DNA from: Octopus vulgaris
Taxonomy: Eukaryota
DNA: 64,000 nt
Direction: 5' to 3'
Assembly (NCBI GenBank): GCA_951406725.2
Contig: OX597821.1
Span: 79,236,001-79,300,000 of the forward strand
Shown one piece after another: positions 1-11,739 of this stretch. Positions within the stretch are counted from its first letter, which is position 1, and each line of letters opens with the position of its first letter. The notes beneath the pieces are model-generated. The model was not told the DNA's origin and ran no database searches. It was given only the letters and a program-made list of their open reading frames with translations. The translations under genes were made by a program, and so were the position numbers.

Positions 1-480
1 TCCTACTATAAGCAATCTAGCCTTCTCGCTGTCATCTCCTTTACTTCCTCTCGCTTGTCAAGTCCTCACTCCTCTCTGTCTGTCTTTCTTGCCTCGCTGT
101 TGCCTCTCGCCATCACCGCCTTCTTGGCTGACCGTCTCTTGCCAACTGACTCCTTCTCCGGTTCTTGCTGACTGTCTCTGATCGACCCTCTCTCGCCAAC
201 TGACCAACTAACCCCAATGCCAGCCGCATTTATAAAGGGTAGCGTTTTAATTTTTTTCTTAAACTTTCCCTGACCGTAGGGATCAAAATGCCACTTCCCA
301 ACTCATTAACTTTTCCTTACCGGTGACAAGACAAATACCCATTACTTCTTTCTCCAGTCTGTCCGGCTCTAAACCAACGAAATTGGGTCATAGCACTTTC
401 TCGTCTTTTTGAACTCCGCAACACTACTTTATATGAGTTCGTGTGTTGAAGCATTTTCTGCTGTCTGGGGAGAGTCATTT

Positions 481-541
<61 letters not shown>

Positions 542-939
542 CGTTTCAACTAATTTATTTACTTAATTGTCACATACATACATATTTCAAATCTCAAGAA
601 AGGGTCCTCACTCATATTTACACCCATGAACATACAGGGTGATCCCCCAAAAAACAAACGGAACCCATTATAATTTTATTAAATCCTAAAGAGATAGATT
701 TCGGCGTGCATAGAAACATGCACATACATGCCCCATATGGTTTCCCTGAATGATCAAAATGTCATATATCTCATATCTACAAAATGGGCACACACTGACA
801 CCCACAGATTCCCAAACACTAAAACCCATTCTGGGAAAGAAGTGTGAGGGAGCTTCATATGGAGGATGGCTAGATGTTACGGATTTAGAAATATATCGTC
901 GATGAAATATATCCTATAAAAAGAAATTATTCTACTTAC

Positions 940-1011
940 AGTGTGTGTAAACTGGACAGATTTCGGAAGATATCGGCTTTGATTGCTGTAATATCATTTG
1001 AACTTAAATTC
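940..1011 (-). CDS. LRR exon 14 (family A), [23 protein letters not shown](L)
   Basis: 72 nt, AG...GTAAGT, phase 2-2. Confidence 0.9.
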
Positions 1012-1620
1012 CTGGAACATAAAATTGAGTTAATATGTAATTGTATAGAACTTATGTGTAACCGAATTTGGCAAAGCAATTAAATGATGGAATCGATGGA
1101 AATCAGAACACGATGATGATTAATTACATAAAATTCATGGCACTGATGATGATGTTGATGATGATGAGGAGGAGGGGGAGGGGGAGGAAGAAGGGGAGAC
1201 ACAGCTTATGCAGAATTGTGATAGTAGAGTCGATTATAGATTGTGTGGTAGTGATGAGCGTGGTAATGAGACAGAGGAGAAGTGTCTAAGGTCTGTTGTG
1301 GTGATAACAAAGCGTTTATGTAGATTGATTATTCTGATAATGATGGGTTTAGCCTATCTATGGGGATTATGAACATGACATTGAAGATGATTATCTTAAT
1401 ATCGGTGATGATGATGGTTGTGTTGAAGATACTTCATGTGATGGCAGCATTTTGTGGTAATGAATGATATTGATGAGGAGGAGGACAATGATGAATTTGA
1501 CGATATTTATGAACGAGATATTTAACAACAAAAATTAGGAGGATGTCGCTGATGAGAACATGGACGAGAACGTCGACAATTTCCGCGTCACATGTGGTTG
1601 CGGTGTACATAGTATGGATT

Positions 1621-1680
<60 letters not shown>

Positions 1681-2856
1681 ACAGTAGTTATTGTGGTGGT
1701 GGTGTGGTGGTGGTGGTGTTGGTAGTAAAAATATCCGTAGTTGTAAAGGAAGTGACGTTCGAGTGTATAAGAAGATTTAGCAGGGCGGGTAGAACACGAA
1801 ATGTTATACATGCCAGCACATATTCAGATTCACAGACTCACAGACTCATATTTACAGACACTCACAATTACATATTTCTATCAAAACACATTAGGAATGT
1901 AAGGAGGAACAAATATATGGTGCGAATATTAATGGGAATATTTTGAATATTTATTAGTATATTGTCAATGCAATTTTATCAACAAGATTTATCCAACTTA
2001 CAGAGATCTTAAACTGGTCAGGTCATGGAAAGCCCTTACTTCAATTGTTTCGATATTATTATTTTGCAAATATCTGTAAAATAAAATATATTTTCAGATG
2101 CGAAATTCATAGAAGTGTTGTATAACATAAAATATTATGACTAAACAAATACCTGCTGTAAGAGAAAAAAACATGATGGTGATAGTACTGGCGTTGTTGT
2201 AGATGGCGCAAACATTTTTTTGGTTGATAGTATTGAGGATAATGATGATGAATATAAAGTGAGTGAACATGTGAAGTTGTGAGGGACCGGAGTAGAAAAT
2301 CAAAAAGTAGAGAAACAACATCGAAATACAGAAAAAGAATTAAAAAGAGCAGATTTGAGAAATATGAAGAATAACATGGAAAAGTTCAGTAAACGATGAT
2401 GATGATGTAAGAGAAGAACAAGAAGAAACAGAAGGGGAAGATAAAGAATGAGAAGTATAGGAAGAAAAGAAAGTAGTAGTAGTAGTAGTAGTAGTAGGAG
2501 GAGGAGGAGGAGGAGAAGAAGAAGACGAAGAAGAAGAAGAAGAAAAAGAAAAAGAAGAAGAAGAAGAAAAAGAAGAAGAAGAAAAGAAGAAGAAGAAAAA
2601 GAAGAAGAAGAAGAAGAAGAAAATAAAGAAGGACAAGAAGACAAAGAACAACAGGAATGACGACTGCCACAACAACAAGACCAAGAAGACGTAGAAGTAA
2701 AGTCTGTGATGGTATTCAGTTGTGATGGAGACGTAAACATCGCACAAACTTGTTTCCTCTGTTGTCACCCTTTCATATACTTATTATCTAAGGAACAGGC
2801 TCTCACTCACATTCACATATATTAACATACAAAATCACACACTTTGCTCAGAGACA

Positions 2857-2902
<46 letters not shown>

Positions 2903-3619
2903 ATATACTAAATGGTTCGCATAAACTATCACACTCTTATATATCACATAACTAAGAAATGTGCAAACATTCACACACATACATATTCGCAAAGATGAGG
3001 AAGGATAAGAAAAATCGAGATTCAGAAATATATCATCAATGAAATAGTATAAGAACGAATGATTTAACTTACAGATTTGTTAACCTGGACAGATTCCGAA
3101 AGGCGTCTGCTTTGATTTCCTTTATATCATTGGAGCGTAAATTCCTGGAACATAAAATTAAGTTAAGAAGGAATTGCATAAAACATATTTTTGACTGAAA
3201 TTTGGCTAAACAATTGAGGGGTGGTCGTAGATCACGATTATGATTATTTTCATGAAGTTAATGACACAGATTATAATGTTGATATTGATAATGAGGAAGA
3301 CAACAAAGAAGAGAAAGTAGAGGGAGACGAATAAGGAAACGTAGAAGAATTAGATGAAGAACACGATGCAGAGGCATAAGATGGAGATGAAGAAAAATAA
3401 AAGAAAGAAAGAAAGAAAAGAAAGAAAGAAAAGAAGAAGAAGAAGAAGAAGAAGAAGAAGAAGAGCAGCAACCACGACAATAACAGCAATAACAAGAACC
3501 AGAAGATTATCAAATTTAAAGTCTATGAAGGTAATAAGTGTGATGGAGCCGCAAGCACCGCACATCATATATAGACCGAATAACACAGACATTTATACGC
3601 ACGCGTGTATATATAAACA

Positions 3620-3711
<92 letters not shown>

Positions 3712-3732
3712 AGGGAAAAATTAGTGCAGACG

Positions 3733-3825
<93 letters not shown>

Positions 3826-5481
3826 ATGTGTGCATTAAAACGTCTGCACCAATTTTTCCCTTCACTTATCTTACTTTCCGTCACCCACATTCACACACAT
3901 TAACATACAGAAACACACACTTTGGATACAGGCAGTATTTACACATAAACCGAGGCATACGTATGCATGCACTAAATGACTCCCCTGATCTATCGCGCTC
4001 TCTATAACTCAGAAATGGGCACTCGCTCACGCACACCGATTCACAAACAATATAAAACGGTTTTGGAAAGATGGGTGAGGGAGCTTAAAACGAAGGATGG
4101 AAAGGTATTACAGATTTAGAAATGTATCACCAATGAAATACTAGAAAATAAAATTGATTCAACTTACAGAGTTATTAAACTGGAGAGATTTTGGAAGGTG
4201 CCTACTTTGATTTCTTTGACATCATTAGAACTCAAAGATCTGGAACAAAAAATTGAATTATGAAGGAATTGTACAGAAAATATTTGTGACAGAATTTGTG
4301 CTAAACAATTAGGTGACGGAAGCGATTGGGAAGTAGATCATGATGATGATTCCTTAAAGTTCATGGCACTGATAATGACGTTCATGACGATAATGATAGT
4401 TATGATGATGGTGGTGAGCAGAAGGTAGAATAGAAGGATAATGGTGGTGGTAGAGTTGATAGTGGACGTTATGGCGGTGGCAGTGATGAATATGAAGTGG
4501 ATACTGTTGAGAAAAGTATATGGTGTGTTGTGATGATGACGAAGAAGTTATGATGCTGATGATGTTAATGTTGACTATTTAGATAATGTCGGGGATTAGC
4601 ATGTCTATGGTGATGCGGAATATGATGCTGTTGGTCGGGATGTTAATGTTGGTGATGATGATGATGTTTCGAAGATTCTGCATCTGATGGCAGTATATTG
4701 TGGTAATGTATGATGTTTATGTTGTAGAGGCTTATGATGAACTTGACGAGGGTCGTGTTTGAGAAAGATGACAACAAAAATGAGATGACCATGATGAAGA
4801 GTTGGGCGAAGACGGTGACGATCTTTTCGGCAGATGAGGTTGTAATCTACATACACACGATTTGGACGAATACAGAACAACGCGAAGAAATAACGTATCC
4901 ACCCGGCTTTGATTAACTGTATACGCGTTTCGGAGTCAGAGAGATGTAAAAAATGTAAAATCCTATTTCCACTCTACAGCTTTTTTTCTGTTAAATTTCA
5001 CTCATTAGCACACGTGGGTGAGTGGGAAGGAATACGAAATCTCATTCGTCTGTTTGAATTCGGAATTACCTGTCGTTAGATGTATGGTGTCTGATGTCGC
5101 CTAATCAGATAAGTATGTTTAATTCTTACAGTGCTCTCAAATTTAAAATCTTGAATTACTGTACTGAAGAGAAAATATGATAGAGTGGGAATAGGATTTT
5201 ACATTTTTCACATCTCTCTGACTCCGAAACGCGTATACAGTTAATCAAAGCCGGGTGGATTCGTAATTTTTTTTCTTTACCTGCATGGGTTGTTTAGTAT
5301 TGCTGTCTGGGAGATTTTCTTATAGTAGTGAAATAGTTAGTTTTAACTGCTACTTCTAAATTTCGATATGTGGTGAAACAAATTTTTGCTGAATCCTAAT
5401 TATAATTATGCGTATAATTATAGAATTTTGTATATTTTTACCGATAATGATTCTTTTAACATACCGAACTACCTTTTACTC

Positions 5482-5552
<71 letters not shown>

Positions 5553-8500
5553 TATTATTATTACTATTATTATTATTATGATTGTTATTATTTTTATTAT
5601 TATTATTATATTATATATATATATGTCCAACAAAGCGTGATGCCTAAACCAACCAATCAGCTTAAGTAATTGAGTGATACTACACACTGATTGGTCAGAA
5701 TACAGTTTGCAAAACCTAGCACTCTGGAGCCTCTCCCAGCTGTATTTATAGCACAGAATCAATCATCTTGCTACAGTCAAAAATTGTGAAGCATGACTGT
5801 CAACACTACTACATGAACCCGAAGATTGCAGAATTCAATGCATGAAAGTACTAGTTCAATCAGAATGAATATTTAACATTCTACTATTTCATTTTATTTT
5901 ATTCAATTATAATATATTATCTTATAATATATCATTATAAGATTGTAAATAAAACGTGAAAATCAGACAAGGTTGGAATTCTTTTTATTAATATATTCTT
6001 CTATACACAATCACACACACCTATATATATATATCTATATTCCTATTGTGTATATGCCAACATGTCTGGAAAGCAACAAACAAAATTAACAGAATCAGAA
6101 AGAATTCTAATGGAAATTTCATCGAAATTATCAACACTCATCACGATGATTGACACACAATCCTCTATTTAAAGGAAATAGAAAAACAGTCTACAGACGG
6201 AAAACTTGGAAATGAGCACATAAACTCTGAAATTAAGAATTTAGCTGAAATGATACCAACAATTATAAAATCTACAAGAGAAAGCCTACCACAACCTCCT
6301 TGGATGTCAGAAATAAACGAAAGAAATCTGGAAAAAGAGGCACACCGAAAAAGAGAAGAGATACAGAAGACATGGAAAAAACTCCTTAACATAAGAAAAC
6401 AAAACTTCTGGAAGGCATATAAATGCGAAAAATATGCTGAAATACATTCGAAATGGATATCTTTAGCGGCACCCATACTTCCTCGGAAGTACCTAATTAA
6501 AGAAATTGCAGGAGAACCAGAGGAAGAAACTAAACTTCGATGGGACCTTAGTTTGATAAAATTCAGGACCGACATCTCCATTACCCTGTCTAAACAATCC
6601 CGCTACAAAGCCAAATACGAAGCTATCGATAATCAAATCAGAGATGAAATATCCAAACTAACGACCGGCAATATAGCAGAAAAAATGCGAGAACTATGGA
6701 TCAGAGATATCTCAAAAGAAGAAAGCAGATCAAGAAAGTTTTGGCAGCGGAAACAATTATTTCTCGACAAATATGCTACAAATTACGGTAAAGACACCAG
6801 AACTCCGAGAAATAGCATTAAAAGTGGACAACCTCACCAACGCAAAATACACCAGAACACGTGGCAACATGAACACCCGTTTCACCACGAATCGAAGACG
6901 AACTACGGTAAGAACTCTTCCCATTTTGTATGCAAACACCCTAATGCACACAACATGAACAAAAAGCACAAACAAAATAGATATTGTTTTGAACAGACCA
7001 TTAGCAGTAGAAATAACAGGAGATCATTTTCAAGACCTCAACAGAGATTACCCACAAGAAACTGGACAAAAAACCGATCTAGATCTAGAAGTAAACCCAG
7101 ATCATTTCTCCAGGTGGTTAAAAACAATGCTAACAAGAAATTGAAAAGTAGCATACATAATACCAAAAACAAGACAGAAAACATAACGAAACCAAGTAAA
7201 GTACCACAACCAAAACGCAAAATTCATCAAGCAAACATCAACAGGAATATAAATCATAACCAGAAAAAAATCTATTTTTTTACGTCAGGACAACAAACAC
7301 CGGAGAAAGAAAAAATCCAAGAGGAAACATACCCCAAACAACTGAACGTATAGATCCTAAAATAATTAATTTATCAAAAAGAGATCTTGACAATGATGAA
7401 ATCCAACTTCTGTCAAAAGGACTGAAATTCACACCTACACCAACAGCCAACCACCAAGAATTAAAGGAGGATATCCAAAAATTCTGTCGAAAATTACGAC
7501 TTGTAGAATTCTTCGCTAACAAAAGTAATGAGATTGATGAATCCCTAGTAAGGAATAAATCAGATTTCACCCCACCAAAAGGAAGAAATAACTACCTTGA
7601 CCAATACATTGATATCCTGTCTAAATTTCCCCTTAGACGCAATACCAATGTTAGGCCAAACATTAGCAAATCAGAGATGTCTGCATGTAAACGTATACAA
7701 AACGATCAAACAATAATAATTAAACAAGCAGATAAAGGTGGTGCAATTGTTATTATGGATACCGAATACTATAAGGATTTGGTTGAAGACCAACTGAAGG
7801 ATACAACCTTCTATTGTGAAATACCCGCAAATATAGACCACCACATCATGAAAAAGATCAACAACCTGATTTCAACACACCACAACTCACTTACGGATAA
7901 TGAAAAAGACTACATCACCAATTTTGAACCAAAACCCAGCAACTTCTACGGCTTACCAAAAATACACAAATCAAAAAACATTCAACAGGCAGTAAAAGAA
8001 CAAGAAAGTGAGTACGTAAAATTATTACATCCAAAAGACCTAAAACTTAGACCTATTATAGCTGGTCCAGCATGCCCTACACACCGTCTAAGCAATTTTA
8101 TTGACATTGTTTTGAAACCACTATGTACTCACATACCAAGTTTCATCAGGGATGACATCGACTTCCTGTCCCATCTTCCCAAAACAACAGAAACAAATTC
8201 AGTTTTACTAAGTTTTGATGTGGTAAGCCTCTACACCAATATTCCACACGATTTAGGAATAAAGGCGATTAAATACTGGTTAGAAAAACATAGAGAAGTG
8301 ATTCCCAGCAGATTCACAGTGCCATTTATATTAGACACAGTCACACTTATTCTAGAAAATAACACATTCTTCTTCAATGGAAAGAATTACATCCAAATTA
8401 GAGGCACGGCGATGGGAACGAGGTTTGCTCCCGTTTACGCCAACTCTGTAATGGGATACTTAGAAGAACAACTCTACCAAGAGGTGGAGGTAAACTATGG

Positions 8501-10256
8501 CACTGGATTTAGAAAGTATATTGAAAAGGCATGGAAGAGATACCTAGACGACTGTTTCATAATCTGGACAGAATCTCTAAATACTCTGGAAGAGTTCAAT
8601 ATCCTCCTGAACAACCTACACCCATCTCTCCAATTTACAAAGGAGATGAGTAGTACCAAATTACCATTCCTGGATATAATGGTAATTAAAAAAGACACCA
8701 CCATCACCACAGATATATACTATAAACACACAGACACACATCAATACCTAAATTTTAAGTCGTGCCATCTACCACATACAAAACGTAACATCCCATACTG
8801 CCTAGCCAGAAGAATTTGTACTATTGTAGAAGATGCAAATATCAGGAACAAACGCCTAATAGAACTAAGAGAATTTTTGCTCAAACAAAAATACCCATCT
8901 CTACTTATAGAAAATGGCATACAGAGGGCTATAAAAATACCCATACAACAACTTAGGACAACCCAAGGAAGAGGAAAACAAGAACAAATCATACCATTCA
9001 TAGTGACACACAACCCATGTCACCAGAATATCTTCAACATTGCCAAAGCAAACCTACCAATCATTGCCCAAAGTAATGAATTAAAAGACATAATCACGGA
9101 TCGAGCTATGGTGCTTAGTAAAAGACAGCCTAAAAACTTGAAAACATTACTAACAAAGGCAAAATTTGACCTCAGCAACAAAGACCAAACATTCACGGTA
9201 TCTAAATGCAATGATAGCCGATGTGGCACATGCCAATTCATACATACCGGTCAATATATAAACACAAAAACCGGGAAAATATTCACAAACGCGAATATGA
9301 ACTGCAAAAGCAGAAATTTAATTTACTGCATCAAATGCCCAAATTGTAAAGAAATATATGTAGGTCAGACGGGAAACGCACTATTAGAACGCTCACGTGT
9401 ACACCGGCAACAGATTAGAGACCCAGAGGTCCGTCAGATACCTTTGAGTAACCACCTAGCAACATGTGGTCGGAAAATATATATAATATTTCCATTCTAC
9501 AAATTACACAGCCCAAGTGAAATCGAGAGGAAAATCAGAGAAAAGAATTTTATTGATAAATTCGAACCCAAGCTAAATAAGCAATAATAATAATACTTAG
9601 AGGTATTACTTCCACTGCTACGACCATGACCACTAACAACAACAACAATACTAAAGGTGATCAAGATGAAGATAGCAGGAAAATTATCTTATTGAGGGTT
9701 AAAAATTCTATTGCCACCACCATCACCACTAGCAACAATAATTAAGGTGCTGACAATGATGATGATGACAATTGAAATATAAAAATATAAAAATCTCTGA
9801 CAAAGGATATTTACAACATTTCTAAAAATAACTCAACAATTGCTGCTTCGGCCAGGGTCAAGATACAGGACTCTTGACATGTCCAACAAAGCGTGATGCC
9901 TAAACCAATCAGCTCAACCAACCAATCAGCTTAAGTAATTGAGTGATACTACACACTGATTGGTCAGAATACAGTTTGCAAAACCTAGCACTCTGGAGCC
10001 TCTCCCAGCTGTATTTATAGCACAGAATCAATCATCTTGCTACAGTCAAAAATTGTGAAGCATGACTGTCAACACTACTACATGAACCCGAAGATTGCAG
10101 AATTCAATGCACGAAAGTACTAGTTCAATCAGAATGAATATTTAACATTCTACTATTTCATTTTATTTTATTCAATTATAATATATTATCTTATAATATA
10201 TCATTATAAGATTGTAAATAAAACGTGAAAATCAGACAAGGTTGGAATTCTTTTTA

Positions 10257-10298
<42 letters not shown>

Positions 10299-11707
10299 TA
10301 CATATATGGCCGCAATCAAATGGCTGAAACAAATAAAAGTATAAAAAGTATATATATATACAGACGAGTTTATTCTAATTTTTTCCCGCTACTGTCACAT
10401 ACTCTGCTACACAAATTCTGGGGAATTCGCCCACACTCACAATTAGTCATTAATAAACATTAACACACGCTTTGGTGTAAATAGATTTGCACATACATAT
10501 AAATTCATGCAGTAAGTGATTCTCCGGAACTGTCACGCTCTCATACATTCATATCTAACAAATGAGCACACATTCTCATACACAGATTAACAAGCTAAAT
10601 AACAAAGACATCTTTCGAATGGTGGATGAAGGAGCTAAAAATCCAGGATGGGTTAATATTACAAACCTACAAATATAGTGAGAATGAAATATAGGCGCAG
10701 GGGTGGCTGTGTGGTAAGTAGCTTGCTAACCAACCACATGGTTCCGGGTTCAGTCCCACTGCGTGGCATCTTGGGCAAGTGTCTTCTGCTATAGCCCCGG
10801 GCCGACCAATGCCTTGTGAGTGGATTTGGTAGACGGAAACTGAAAGAAGCCTGTCGTATATATGTATATATATGTATGTGTGTGTGTTTGTGTGTCTGTG
10901 TTTGTTCCCCTAGCATTGCTTGACAACCGATGCTGGTGTGTTTACGTCCCCGTCACTTAGCGGTTCGGCAAAAAGAGACCGATAGAATAAGTACTGGGCT
11001 TACAAAAAGAATGAGTCCCTGGGTCGAGTTGCTCGACTAAAAGGCGGTGCTCCAGCATGGCCGCAGTCAAAATGACTGAAACAAGTAAAAGAAAGAAAGA
11101 AAGAAAGATAAAAAAAGTGATTCAACTTACATAATTGTTAAACTGGACATATTTCGGAAGGTGTCCACTTTGACTTCTTTGATATCATTAGAACTCAAAT
11201 CTCTGGAATAAAAAATTGAGTTAAGACGAGATTGTATAGAACATTTTTGTAACAGAATTCTGTGGATATTTCTACAGTGTTGAAGATACCGCATCTGATG
11301 GCGGTATATTATTGTGATGAATGATGTTGATAATGAAACGGACGATGATGTACATGACGATGTTTATGTTTAAGAAAGATAAAAATCTAAATGAAAATGA
11401 TGATTTAGATAAAGACATGGTCGAGCATGTTGATCAATATCACAACATATATGGTGTTGTTTAAAATTGCAGATGATTAAGGCGAATGAATGAACTAGCG
11501 AATGACAGGGGACAAGCGAAATACGAAGAAACCATGTAAAAATAATTGAACGGCACAGAAAAAAATCAGAAGAAGGAGGAGAAGAAGAGGAAGAGCAGGA
11601 AGAAGAAGAAGAAGAAGAAGAAGAAGAAGAAGAAGAAGAAGAAGAAGAAGAAGAAGAAGAAGAAGAAGAAGAAGAAGAAGAAGAAGAAGAAGAAGAAGAA
11701 GAAGAAG

Positions 11708-11739
<32 letters not shown>

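Larger units (their letters stand above)
5624..10262 (+). mobile_element. Near full-length Penelope-like retroelement (Neptune-like) with direct pLTRs, inserted in (TA)n within an LRR intron
   Basis: Near-identical direct repeats about 5624-5995 and 9880-10262; RT + GIY-YIG coding region in between; (TA)n on both flanks. Confidence 0.95.

Noticed and set aside
1-490. Pyrimidine-rich repeat-like segment ending at (TA)n
   Set aside because: Probably a TE end, but truncated by the window edge; no complete hammerhead or coding motif found.
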